In this document: positions 44,100 through 53,325 of the stretch, piece by piece
Layout of the letters: each line of letters starts with the position of its first letter
Numbering within the stretch: position 1 is the stretch's first letter
Origin: an uncultured bacterium
Lineage (GTDB): Bacteria; Omnitrophota; Omnitrophia; Omnitrophales; Aquincolibacteriaceae
Direction: 5' to 3'
Assembly (NCBI GenBank): GCA_964482725.1
Contig: CAYZYT010000004.1
Coordinates: 104,063-168,062, forward strand
Length of the DNA stretch: 64,000 nucleotides
Notes under the pieces: model-generated
What the model was told of the DNA's origin: nothing
The model's database searches: none
Seen by the model: only the letters and a program-made list of their open reading frames with translations
Program-made: the position numbers and the translations under genes

Positions 44100-44340
44100 G
44101 ACCCTGAGGCACGCTCCGGAGGTCAAGCGGGCATGGTGACAGGCAGGACTGGGCCTCGTCACCCGCGGTTCGTTTCTTCCAGCGAGAAACGACCGCGTGC
44201 GGCTCTCGCCCTTTGGATCCGCCCGTAAAGAGGGGCGGCACCAAGCTCCAAAGGGCTGCGAACGCTGCCTCGGTCCCAGTCCCGCCTGTCGAGCGAGACC
44301 GGAGGCGCGAGTGAGTTTTTCCACGCTGGGGAAAAACGAA
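44100..44340. other. GC-rich, highly structured ~240-nt non-coding region. A structured RNA or leader is possible. Class is unknown.
   Basis: Nested stem-loops gcgggcatggtgac...gtcacccgc, cggttcgtttc-ttccagcga-gaaacgaccg, and gccctttgga...ccgccc-gtaaagag-gggcgg...tccaaagggc. There is no plausible ORF in any frame. Confidence 0.3.
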
Positions 44341-44382
44341 CGGTGATGAAGGGTCTCAAGAAATTCTTATAAAGGAGCTAAA

Positions 44383-44586
44383 ATGGCCGGTTCAACAAAG
44401 GTGGCAAGTACTGCTTGTTGGGATTGCAGCTTTCGCAGGGATTTCGAAAATACTTTTCTGGGTATTTGCACCTGGTTTGAGGTTCACGGTAAAGGCTCGA
44501 ATAAAGATATTCCTCCGGCCCTGGTAGAAAAAGGCTGCAAGTATTGGAAGAAGAAACAACAAAAAGGTGACAGTCACCCAAAGTGA
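44383..44586 (+). CDS. Small Cys-containing hypothetical protein (67 aa).
   Basis: Strong AAGGAG RBS 8 nt upstream. Cys residues at 12, 15, 29 and 52 (C-x2-C ... C ... C). Confidence 0.4.
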   Translation: MAGSTKVASTACWDCSFRRDFENTFLGICTWFEVHGKGSNKDIPPALVEKGCKYWKKKQQKGDSHPK

Positions 44587-44593
44587 CTGTCAC
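44566..44593. repeat. Doubled palindromic motif GTGACAGTCACCC-AAA-GTGACTGTCAC, copy 1.
   Basis: Near-identical to the structure at 50651-50676. Confidence 0.6.
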
Positions 44594-44636
44594 GGTTGGG
44601 ACAGGCTTTTCCCATACCCTTAGCGAGGTAACCCTT

Positions 44637-45170
44637 ATGTTCGACAAATTGATCGGGTACTTGGTGGCGCGAGCGGGCAAGGAATACTCTGCGGGTTATC
44701 GGGCGGTGGCGACAGCCCTTGGCGTGATGCTCTTTTTCGCGGGCTGGCCGACGCTTGTCTGGGTTTCTGGGCTCGGGGGACAGGGGGAGGTTTTCCCTTC
44801 CTTGGCTGCGGTTCTTTTGAGTGCGCTTTTTTTTGTGGTTGGTATCCCGTGGGTGAGTTGGGCCGTTTTCTGGCAGCTTTGGAAAGGAAAGGGCACGCCT
44901 GTTCCTCTGGTGCCCACCAAGGAGTTTCTGCCTTCCGGACCTTACCGTTATTGCCGTAATCCTATGATGCTTGGTTTTTTTCTTTATCTGGCGGGTTGGG
45001 CCGCGCTCTTCAACCGGACAGGTTCCTGGACTGCAGCCGCCATTCTTATGGTTCTTTTGGCCCTTGAGATCAAGCTGATCGAGGAAAAAGAGCTCGCAGA
45101 GCGTTTCGGAGATGTTTACCGCACCTATAAAAAAAAGACGCCGTTTTTCATTCCAAGATTTCGACCTTAA
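44637..45170 (+). CDS. Isoprenylcysteine carboxyl methyltransferase / PEMT-family membrane methyltransferase.
   Basis: YRYCRNPMMLGFFL matches the (R/H)-x-P-M-Y-x-G family signature. Multiple TM helices. Confidence 0.65.
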   Translation: MFDKLIGYLVARAGKEYSAGYRAVATALGVMLFFAGWPTLVWVSGLGGQGEVFPSLAAVLLSALFFVVGIPWVSWAVFWQLWKGKGTPVPLVPTKEFLPSGPYRYCRNPMMLGFFLYLAGWAALFNRTGSWTAAAILMVLLALEIKLIEEKELAERFGDVYRTYKKKTPFFIPRFRP

Positions 45171-45186
45171 AGAACGTGCTGGGGAG

Positions 45187-45885
45187 ATGAAACAAGTGAA
45201 GCGTGTCTGTGTCGTCTTGGTAGCAACGTTGTTTTTCTCTCTTGCAGGACTTTTCTCGAGTTCTCTCAGGGCGGAGGACGACGTTCCACAGCTTCCCAAG
45301 TTTTATTTAAACGACAAACCTGTCGTTTTGACGATTCAGGACTTGTCGGGTTTTGGCACCCGGCCCCTGCGCTTGCTGGTGCAAAGGAACAACCGGAGGC
45401 ATCACGACGAGCTCATCCAGGTCAACGCCCTCGGAGCGCGCGAAGGGGAAGATCTCAAAATAGTACTGGCGACCCCTTTGCCGGGGATGCGCGTGACGCT
45501 TTATAAGATCCTCCACGAAACGGAGGGGTCTCGCTCTTTAAGCATGCTCACCTCGGTTTACTTTGATAAACCCGGAGAGAAGATTTATCAGGAAAAAGTA
45601 GGATCTTTTCGCGAAGCTTTTTTCATCATCACCTTTGAAAAGACCGATTCTCCGGAGGAAAAGGACATCAACGTCCGGTATTTTGAGGAGCGGGTGAGAA
45701 AACTCGTGATCGGGGCGTACAAGACCAACTTCTTATTTTCTTCTCTGAAGCTAAAAATGAAGGATTTCGCAGATCCGGACGCCCAAGCGTTCTTTGAAAG
45801 GGACGCACAGCTTCTCGTCGATCGCCTCAGGGATCCTCGGCGGATATTCCTGATCCGACTATGGAAGGTTGATAAATCAACGTAA
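45187..45885 (+). CDS. Hypothetical secreted protein.
   Basis: Signal peptide MKQVKRVCVVLVATLFFSLAGLFSSSLRA. Confidence 0.5.
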   Translation: MKQVKRVCVVLVATLFFSLAGLFSSSLRAEDDVPQLPKFYLNDKPVVLTIQDLSGFGTRPLRLLVQRNNRRHHDELIQVNALGAREGEDLKIVLATPLPGMRVTLYKILHETEGSRSLSMLTSVYFDKPGEKIYQEKVGSFREAFFIITFEKTDSPEEKDINVRYFEERVRKLVIGAYKTNFLFSSLKLKMKDFADPDAQAFFERDAQLLVDRLRDPRRIFLIRLWKVDKST

Positions 45886-45992
45886 CGGAGGGCGCGCTCC
45901 GATGCCGGTAATATAAAACATCAGTTCCCGTTTTTCCCGCTTTGAGTATAATGAGGTCACTGTGTGAATTTCTTTAAAGGAGATAATGAAAA

Positions 45993-47147
45993 ATGCCCAA
46001 CTCGAAAAAAGAACCTTCTAGCGCATCAAAGCTGATCAAAGGATTGGAAGGCGTTGTCGCTGCGCAGACATCTCTAAGCGATGTGGACGGGGAGAATGGC
46101 CGGCTTTTTTATCGCGGTATTCCTATCGGCGAGCTGGTCGAGAAATCCCATTTTGAGGAAGTGACTTATCACCTCTGGTACGCGAAACTTCCCAACGCCG
46201 AAGAACTCAGAATTTTCAAGGAAACGTTGAAGGCCCAAAGGCCTCTATCCGAACGCGCCCTTGAGGTCTTGAAACTTATTCCGACCAGCACACATCCTAT
46301 GAGTGCTCTCCGGACCATGTGTTCGCTGATGGGGAGTCTGGATCCACGGGCCCACATTGTGAACCCTGAGGAATCTCAGCGTAAGGCCTATCATCTGACA
46401 GGTGTTTTCCCGACCATCATCGCGGCTTTTTACAGGCTGCGCGAAGGGAAGGAGCCCATCCAGCCCGATATGACCCTTTCCCATGCGGCTAATTTTCTTT
46501 ATATGCTTAACGGGACGAAACCGACTCCGGAAATGGAGAAGGCGCTGGATGCTTATCTGATCCTGTTGGCGGATCACGGGCTTAACGCCTCGACTTTTGC
46601 GGCGCGCGTGACGACCGGGACCCTTTCCAATCTTTATTCGGCGGTCACTTCCGCGGTGGGGACCTTGGCCGGGGAGTTGCATGGGGCAGCGAACCAATAC
46701 GCGATGGAGATGATCCTGGAGATTGGGACCCCCGCGAAGGCTGTCGCGTATGTGAACCAACTTCTGGATGAGAAAAAGAAAGTGATGGGCTTCGGGCATC
46801 GTATTTATAAAACGCGCGATCCGCGTGCCGAAGCGTTCCGCCCGATTGCGCATGACCTGTGCGTCAAAGCCGGGAAAACGGAATGGATGGAGATCGCAGC
46901 CCATGTCGAGAAAGTCATGATGGACCGGAAGAAGATCCCCTGCAATGTAGACTTTTTCTCCGCGCCGGTGCTTTATGTGCTGGGATTCCCGCCGGATTTT
47001 TTTACGACGGTGTTCGCGGCAAGCCGTGTCGCCGGCTGGAGCGGCCACATTATCGAGCAGCAGTTGGACAACCGTCTCATACGGCCGCTTGCGGAATACA
47101 TCGGTCCGCAGGAACAGTATTACATCCCTCACGAAGACCGTAAGTGA
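45993..47147 (+). CDS. gltA: Citrate synthase.
   Basis: GFGHRIYK and catalytic His/Asp context. A TATAAT -10 lies upstream at about 45941. Confidence 0.85.
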   Translation: MPNSKKEPSSASKLIKGLEGVVAAQTSLSDVDGENGRLFYRGIPIGELVEKSHFEEVTYHLWYAKLPNAEELRIFKETLKAQRPLSERALEVLKLIPTSTHPMSALRTMCSLMGSLDPRAHIVNPEESQRKAYHLTGVFPTIIAAFYRLREGKEPIQPDMTLSHAANFLYMLNGTKPTPEMEKALDAYLILLADHGLNASTFAARVTTGTLSNLYSAVTSAVGTLAGELHGAANQYAMEMILEIGTPAKAVAYVNQLLDEKKKVMGFGHRIYKTRDPRAEAFRPIAHDLCVKAGKTEWMEIAAHVEKVMMDRKKIPCNVDFFSAPVLYVLGFPPDFFTTVFAASRVAGWSGHIIEQQLDNRLIRPLAEYIGPQEQYYIPHEDRK

Positions 47148-47282
47148 GGGGGCGGAGTTTTTCTGCCCCACTCATCCCGAGGGAGGCGAGGGCGACCGAA
47201 GGATCTTGTTTTTAAAAATAAGATTGCTTCGCCTCCAGCTCGCAATGACGAAATGTCGTTCATGGAGAGGCGGAATTAACGC

Positions 47283-48647
47283 ATGACCGCGAATCTTGAT
47301 TACGCGTACGATCAATACCTGAAGACCCACGAGGTTCGTGCCGTTCCCGCCATTGCCCGGTTCCGAGAGAAGCTCAAAAATCCCACGTTCGCGTACGGAC
47401 GCTTCACGGTCCCGGCTTTTTACAAAGCTTATTTTGTCACCCCCAAACAGCAGCATCTTTTAAAACGAGCCGCTTCGACCTTCTCCCAGATCCTCAACAA
47501 GACTGCGCGCCTCTATTTTGAAGAAGCACAGATGAAATCCCACTTTCACCTTTCTCCCGAGGCCGAAGAGCTTGTGAAGATCGACCCCGGCTATTCGCAG
47601 CATGTCGTTTTCAGCCGATTTGACGCGCTTCTGGAAGGAGAGAGCTTGAAGCTTTTGGAGTTCAATTGCGACGCTCCGGCCGGCGCCGCCTACACCGATC
47701 AGTTGGAGTCGGCATTCCTTTCTGAAGAGCTGATCTGGCCTTTCGCCGAGGAGCATCATTTGGTGGCCAGCGAGCGCGTTCAAAGTATTCTTTCGACGCT
47801 GCTTTCGGTCTATGAGGAGTTTGGAGGTTATGAAACGCCTCAGATCGCGATCGTGGACTGGCGGCATGCGAGGACCACCCCGGAATTTGAATACATGAAA
47901 AGCCACTTCGAGTCCAAGGGATACAAAACCACGATCGCGGATCCGCGTGAGCTTCAGTACCGGGGCGGCAAACTTTACCACAAAGGTTTTCGCGTGCATT
48001 TGGTCTACCGGCGCGTGATCTTTGATGAGCTCCTGGAACGGATCGATGAGGTTCAAGACCTGTTGCATGCTTATAAGGACAAGGCCGTCTGCGTCGTCAA
48101 CCCTTTGCGGTCGAGGCTCGCCTCCAGCAAATCGATCTTCTCGATTTTGACCACCCCGGAGTTTGACCGTTTCTTCACGGAAAACGAAAACGCGATGAAG
48201 CGCCAACATCTCCCGTGGACGCGCTGTCTTTCGGATGCCGAAGATTTCTATGGCCACCGGAAGGTCTTCCTGATCGATTTTCTAAAAGATGAGAAAGACA
48301 CGATCGTTCTGAAACCTTCGGGCTCCAGCCACGGCGCCCGGCGGGTTCACATCGGACGCGAGACGCCGGACAGCGAATGGAACGCGGCGGTGGATCGGGC
48401 ACTTAAAGAAGAGGATTGGGTGATCCAGGAGCAGGTCTCGGTCCCGGCGATGACCGTTCCCGACGTGGTGAACCAGAAGCTCGACCTCATTTACAAAAAA
48501 TACAATTTTAACATGCTGGTCTTCGGAGGAAAATACGCCGGAGGTTTTGTTCGGTTGAGCGATGAGAGCGTGATCAACGTGGCGACGGGCGGGGGCCTCA
48601 TGCCTGCGCTCTGGTCCGATGTCGCCCCGGAGCATTTTGGAGCTTGA
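47283..48647 (+). CDS. ATP-grasp family protein. A circularly-permuted or glutathionylspermidine-synthase-like type is possible.
   Basis: TIVLKPSGSSHGARRVHIG and VIQEQVSVPAM are ATP-grasp-like segments. Confidence 0.4.
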   Translation: MTANLDYAYDQYLKTHEVRAVPAIARFREKLKNPTFAYGRFTVPAFYKAYFVTPKQQHLLKRAASTFSQILNKTARLYFEEAQMKSHFHLSPEAEELVKIDPGYSQHVVFSRFDALLEGESLKLLEFNCDAPAGAAYTDQLESAFLSEELIWPFAEEHHLVASERVQSILSTLLSVYEEFGGYETPQIAIVDWRHARTTPEFEYMKSHFESKGYKTTIADPRELQYRGGKLYHKGFRVHLVYRRVIFDELLERIDEVQDLLHAYKDKAVCVVNPLRSRLASSKSIFSILTTPEFDRFFTENENAMKRQHLPWTRCLSDAEDFYGHRKVFLIDFLKDEKDTIVLKPSGSSHGARRVHIGRETPDSEWNAAVDRALKEEDWVIQEQVSVPAMTVPDVVNQKLDLIYKKYNFNMLVFGGKYAGGFVRLSDESVINVATGGGLMPALWSDVAPEHFGA

Positions 48648-48699
48648 AGCGGAAGCGAGCAGGGTGTAACTTGATGAGTGTTGTCATCCGGAGGGAAGC

Positions 48700-49149
48700 G
48701 TGAAGCCTTTGAAGAAGAAACGCATTTTTTCGAGAGAAGAAGCGGACGCTTTACTCCCCGAGCTTGAGAAAGGCCTGAAGCTTCTCCGCGCCAAAAAAGA
48801 GGCCTACAGCCGCACCCACGATCTTCTTTTTATGCATGAGCTTGTTTGCACGGCCGAGAAGAACCACGGACTTTCAGAAGAAAAAGATGACCTGGAAGAT
48901 GGCATTCATGCGCTTGAAGAAGCGATCGAGGATCTCGCCCATGATATCGAAGCGATTTTCGCCAGGGGCTGCCTTCTCCGTAATATCGAAAAAGGCCATG
49001 TTGAATTTCTAGGCAGGCATGAAGGGCGAGACGTTTATTTTTCCTGGCGCCTTGGTGAATCCAGCATTTCTCATTATCGCGAGCTTGAGAAAAAAGCCCA
49101 TGAGCGCATGCCCCTTCCCGAAAAGCCCGCAGAAAAAAAATCAAAGTAG
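48700..49149 (+). CDS. Hypothetical protein (149 aa).
   Basis: ORF only. Confidence 0.4.
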   Translation: MKPLKKKRIFSREEADALLPELEKGLKLLRAKKEAYSRTHDLLFMHELVCTAEKNHGLSEEKDDLEDGIHALEEAIEDLAHDIEAIFARGCLLRNIEKGHVEFLGRHEGRDVYFSWRLGESSISHYRELEKKAHERMPLPEKPAEKKSK

Positions 49150-49176
49150 GAAAATCCTACAAGGAGTCGGTCCCCA

Positions 49177-50631
49177 ATGTTCTGCTGTCTGTTCAGTGAA
49201 GGAACCAAGTATAAGAATCTCTTGAACGGTCAGTGGGTGGATCCCCGGGCCAAACAATGGGACAAGATCTTTTCGCCCGCGGACGGTTCTTTGGTCGGGG
49301 AAGTGCCCGCCATGAGCCAAGACGAAGCGGATGAGTTCTTGAAATCCTCAGTCGCGGCTCAAAAATCCTGGGCCGCAGTCCCGGTGAGTGAGCGCGCCGC
49401 CATGCTCCACAAGGCGGCGGACATTCTTTTGCGCGAAAAGGACAAGATCGCGGACGTGCTAGTGCGCGAAATCGCGAAGAATAGGAAGTCTTCGCTTTCT
49501 GAAGTGACGCGCACGGCCGATCTGATCCATTTCACGGCGGAAGAAGGAAAGCGCGTCACGGGAGAAAGCCTTTCGTCGGGAGCTTTTCCAGGCTTTAGCG
49601 AAACGAAGCTTTCCATTATGAATCGCGTGCCTCTGGGTGTTGTGCTTGCGATCGCCCCCTTCAATTATCCGATCAATCTGGCAGCTTCTAAAATAGCCCC
49701 GGCGCTTGTGGCGGGGAATGCCGTGGTTTTCAAGCCGCCGACGCAAGGAGCGATCAGCGCGCTTCATTTGGCGCGGGTTTTTTGCGAAGCCGGACTTCCG
49801 GCGGGTGTTCTCAATGTTATCACCGGACAGGGCCGCGCGATCGGAGACCACCTGGTCAGTCATTCGCTCGTGAACATGGTCGCTTTCACCGGGAGCAGCA
49901 AGGTCGGGAAGCATATTGCCTCGATCGTGGGGATGAAGCCGCTTCTCCTGGAGCTTGGCGGTAAAGACGCGGCGATCGTACTCGAGGACGCCGATCTTCC
50001 TTTAACCGCGGCGCATATCGTTGCCGGCGCCTTTTCTTTTTCCGGGCAACGGTGTACGGCTGTGAAGCGTATTCTGGTCCTGGAATCCGTGGCCGACAAA
50101 CTGATCGAGCAGATTTTGCCGCTTGTGCAAAAGATGACGGTGGGCCGCCCGGAGGATGACGCGGACATCACGCCGCTAGTCTCGACGGAGGCCGCCGATT
50201 TTGTCGAGGAATTGATCCATGACGCGATCCGAAAAGGAGCGAAGCTTCTCGTAGGCAATAAACGCGAAAAGAACCTTGTCTATCCCACGCTCTTTGACCG
50301 AGTGACCGCGGATATGAGGATCGCCTGGGAAGAGCCTTTTGGTCCCGTGCTCCCGATCCTGCGGGTCAAGACGGTCGAAGAAGCGGTCCGGATCACGAAT
50401 GAATCCGAATATGGGCTCCAAGCCTCGGTTTTCACGGAAAATGTCGACGCCGCTTTCAGGGTCGGAGCGCAGTTGGATGTTGGTACAGTCCAAGTGAACG
50501 GCAAAACAGAGCGCGGTCCGGATCATTTTCCTTTTATCGGAGTGAAAAGTTCCGGAATGGGGACACAGGGGATCCGTTATTCGATCGAAGCCATGACACG
50601 CGCAAAGACGATCGTCCTCAATTTTCACTGA
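49177..50631 (+). CDS. gapN: Non-phosphorylating NADP-dependent glyceraldehyde-3-phosphate dehydrogenase (aldehyde dehydrogenase family).
   Basis: ERAAMLHKAADILLREKDKIADVLVREIAK, PFNYPINLAASKIAPAL and catalytic Cys in SGQRCTAVKR. Close to characterised GapN sequences. Confidence 0.85.
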   Translation: MFCCLFSEGTKYKNLLNGQWVDPRAKQWDKIFSPADGSLVGEVPAMSQDEADEFLKSSVAAQKSWAAVPVSERAAMLHKAADILLREKDKIADVLVREIAKNRKSSLSEVTRTADLIHFTAEEGKRVTGESLSSGAFPGFSETKLSIMNRVPLGVVLAIAPFNYPINLAASKIAPALVAGNAVVFKPPTQGAISALHLARVFCEAGLPAGVLNVITGQGRAIGDHLVSHSLVNMVAFTGSSKVGKHIASIVGMKPLLLELGGKDAAIVLEDADLPLTAAHIVAGAFSFSGQRCTAVKRILVLESVADKLIEQILPLVQKMTVGRPEDDADITPLVSTEAADFVEELIHDAIRKGAKLLVGNKREKNLVYPTLFDRVTADMRIAWEEPFGPVLPILRVKTVEEAVRITNESEYGLQASVFTENVDAAFRVGAQLDVGTVQVNGKTERGPDHFPFIGVKSSGMGTQGIRYSIEAMTRAKTIVLNFH

Positions 50632-50650
50632 GGGGCTTGGTATAAAAAAA

Positions 50651-50676
50651 GTGACTGTCACCCAAGGTGACAGTCG
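50651..50676. repeat. Doubled palindromic motif GTGACTGTCACCC-AAG-GTGACAGTC, copy 2. It probably also acts as the phoR terminator.
   Basis: Lies between convergent gapN and phoR. A7 precedes it on the + strand, which gives T7 after the hairpin on the - strand. Confidence 0.6.
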
Positions 50677-50682
50677 CTAAAA

Positions 50683-52467
50683 TCAAGATTCATGCAGTGT
50701 CGGGAAGAATACCGAGAAACGCGAACCTTGGCCGGGGGTGCTTTGGCATGTGGCGCGGCCGCCATGCGCTTCCATGATGTGCTTGACGATCGCCAGACCC
50801 AGCCCCGTTCCTCCGAGTTCTTTCGATCGCGCTTTATCCACCCGAAAGAAGCGTTCGAAAATACGAGCTTGGGCTTCTTCCGGAATGCCGATCCCCGTAT
50901 CCTCGAGCGTGAGCGTCACACCGTCCGGCTTTTGATCTGCAGACAGGACGATCTTGCCCCCCCGTTTATTGAATTTGATCGCATTATCGATGAGATTAAC
51001 GAAGACTTGATGGACCTTGTCTTTGTCCCCGGATAGCCAGAGCGATCCTTCGGAAAGGCGATTTTCCACCCCGATCTTTTTTCCCAGGATCTGAGTCTTG
51101 AACTGTTCCAGGATCGCGGAAAGCTCGGAGGAAAGATCGATCTTTTCTTTCAGGGTCAGGGCTGCGCCTTGTTCGATCTCTCCCAGCGTCAGGATATCCT
51201 CCACAAGACGCCCCAGTCGATCCGTTTCCTCTGAAATGATCCGCAAGAATTTTTCGCTGGTCGGCGGATCTTTTACGCCGCCGCCCAGGAGCGTTTCAAT
51301 AAAACCTTTGATCGAGGTGAGCGGCGTGCGGAGTTCGTGCGAAACATTGGCCACGAATTCTTTGCGAATGTTTTCAAGACGGCACAGTTCCGTCATGTCA
51401 TGAAAGACCAGGATGCCGCCGATATCGCGGACATGGGCGTCCAAGACGATGACGTTGACATGAAGCGTCTTTTTTGTCTTGCCGGAGATCTGGATCTCTT
51501 CTGACGCGAGCCGCCGCTCTTTAAAAGCTTGGTCTACGATCCTCTCGAGATGGGGATGCCGTGTGACCTCGATCAGGCTTTTTCCCGCGACACTCGCGGC
51601 AGTGCATCCAAAGATCTCTTCTGCCGCAGGATTCGCCATGACGCATTGTTTGCGCCGGTCGATCGCGATCACGCCTTCGTTCATATGGCTCAGAATGACG
51701 GAGATCTTCCCCTTTTCGCTTTCAAGATCTTCGATCCTAGAACGCAGGGTAGAGGCCATTTGGTTCATGGTGTTCGCGAGCATCTTGAGTTCATCCCGGC
51801 CGTCGATCAGGATTTTTTCGGACCAGTCTTCGCGAGCGTAGCGTTTGGCCACGGAGGTGATGCGATGGATGCGTTTGCTGAGATGGTGGCTGAAAAGAAT
51901 GCCGGCCACAAGGACGACCAGGATGCCAAGGACCGCCGTGAGCATCATGGGTCTTCGGACGGAGTTTAGGATCTCATCGACGCGCGTGACCGGCATCGCC
52001 GTACGAATAACGCCCAGGATCTTCTCATGATCCAAAACAGGGAGTGCGAGGTAAAGCATCCGGGCTCCGAGGGTCGTGCTATAGCGGATGCTCATACCCG
52101 TTTCTTTTTTCAGGGCTGCTGCGACCTCGGGCCGGGTGGCATGATTGTCCATTTTGGAGAGTTGTTCCCAATTTTCGCTCGAATCCGCGAGAACCGTTCC
52201 GTCAGGATCGATGACTGTGGCACGAACATCTGTTTCTGCGGTGATTTTTTTAAGCTGTTCCTGCAGGAGCCTGGTGTTGCCAAAAAGGGGGAGCGCCAAT
52301 TCGCGGATCAGGACGGTTTGGCGGGTCAAAGAACTCTGAAGCTGCAGGAGATCGCGTTTTTGAAGAAAGTGAGAAAGAGACCAATCGGTTACAACCAAGA
52401 CAAGGATGAAAATGATACCGTACAAAACCAGGAGACGTTTGGCCAAACCGATCTTGGGAAGTCCCAT
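50683..52467 (-). CDS. phoR: Phosphate regulon sensor histidine kinase.
   Basis: TM, HAMP and PAS domains, H-box SHELRTPL and HATPase GGTGLGLAIVKHI. Adjacent to phoB. Confidence 0.85.
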   Translation of the reverse strand: MGLPKIGLAKRLLVLYGIIFILVLVVTDWSLSHFLQKRDLLQLQSSLTRQTVLIRELALPLFGNTRLLQEQLKKITAETDVRATVIDPDGTVLADSSENWEQLSKMDNHATRPEVAAALKKETGMSIRYSTTLGARMLYLALPVLDHEKILGVIRTAMPVTRVDEILNSVRRPMMLTAVLGILVVLVAGILFSHHLSKRIHRITSVAKRYAREDWSEKILIDGRDELKMLANTMNQMASTLRSRIEDLESEKGKISVILSHMNEGVIAIDRRKQCVMANPAAEEIFGCTAASVAGKSLIEVTRHPHLERIVDQAFKERRLASEEIQISGKTKKTLHVNVIVLDAHVRDIGGILVFHDMTELCRLENIRKEFVANVSHELRTPLTSIKGFIETLLGGGVKDPPTSEKFLRIISEETDRLGRLVEDILTLGEIEQGAALTLKEKIDLSSELSAILEQFKTQILGKKIGVENRLSEGSLWLSGDKDKVHQVFVNLIDNAIKFNKRGGKIVLSADQKPDGVTLTLEDTGIGIPEEAQARIFERFFRVDKARSKELGGTGLGLAIVKHIMEAHGGRATCQSTPGQGSRFSVFFPTLHES

Positions 52468-52468
52468 G

Positions 52469-53158
52469 TCACTCTCCGTCGAAGCGGTAGCCGACGCTTT
52501 TGACCGTGACGATCCGTTCTGCTTCTTTCCCGATCTTTTTCCGAAGTTGTCCGATGTGCATGTCCACGGTGCGTGTTTCGATATTCACGGAATTCTCATA
52601 ACCCCAGACCTTCGATAGCAGGACTTCGCGCGTCAGGACCCGTCCTTTGGAGCTTATGAGTACGCGCAAGAGCTCAAATTCTTTGGCGGTGATCTCGACG
52701 GACTTTCCCTTCAAGCGCAGTTCATGTTTTGTCACGTCCAGCTCGATCGTTCCGGACCTCAAGATCTGTTCGGGAGATTTTTCCTGTGAGCGGCGCAGCA
52801 CGGTCTTGACGCGGGCCACGAACTCCCGAGGGCTAAAAGGTTTGGTGATGTAATCATCCGCGCCGAGTTCGAGGCCGACGACTTTGTCAGATTCCGTGCC
52901 TTTTGCAGTGAGCATGATGATGGGGATCGCGTGCGTCTTGTCGTTCCGTTTGAGAGTTTTGCAAATATCAAGGCCATTCATTTCCGGGAGCATGAGATCA
53001 AGGACCACAAGCACTGGCTTCTCTCTCAGCGCCGTCTCAAGACCTGTGCTGCCCTTGGCTTCGGTAAGGACGCGAAAACCTTCCTGCTCGAGGTTGTATT
53101 TCACAAGCTCGCGGATGTTCTTCTCGTCTTCAATGAGGAGGATCGTTTCGTTTGCCAT
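52469..53158 (-). CDS. phoB: Phosphate regulon response regulator (OmpR/PhoB family).
   Basis: Receiver domain LLIEDE...VLDLMLP and winged-helix C-terminus. Confidence 0.85.
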   Translation of the reverse strand: MANETILLIEDEKNIRELVKYNLEQEGFRVLTEAKGSTGLETALREKPVLVVLDLMLPEMNGLDICKTLKRNDKTHAIPIIMLTAKGTESDKVVGLELGADDYITKPFSPREFVARVKTVLRRSQEKSPEQILRSGTIELDVTKHELRLKGKSVEITAKEFELLRVLISSKGRVLTREVLLSKVWGYENSVNIETRTVDMHIGQLRKKIGKEAERIVTVKSVGYRFDGE

Positions 53159-53222
53159 AAGGTTTTAAGCGTGTGGATTTTACCATAACGAGAGGTCCCA
53201 AGGGGAGGACATCCTTGGTTCA

Positions 53223-53260
53223 TTACACGCTTTTTACATGTCCGTCATAACGGCTTTACG
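53223..53260 (+). promoter_or_regulatory. Putative Pho box: TTACA direct repeats at 11-bp periodicity in the phoB/porin divergent promoter.
   Basis: TTACAcgctttTTACAtgtccgTCATAacggctTTACG. A TATACT -10-like hexamer lies ~9 bp downstream. Confidence 0.5.
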
Positions 53261-53325
53261 CGGATTTTTTATACTTCGGACATGAAAACGAAACGATTTC
53301 CATTTAACCGGAGGAGAACGAATCT

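Noticed and set aside
44100-44340. RNase P RNA, tmRNA, SRP RNA or a tRNA in the structured GC-rich gap.
   Set aside because: The region lacks the universal motifs: GGAAAGUCCGG, AGGGUGAAA and ACAGAACCCGGCUUA for RNase P, a tag-peptide reading frame plus GGGG...CCACCA ends for tmRNA, and the SRP domain IV loop. There is no cloverleaf with a T-loop GTTCRA.
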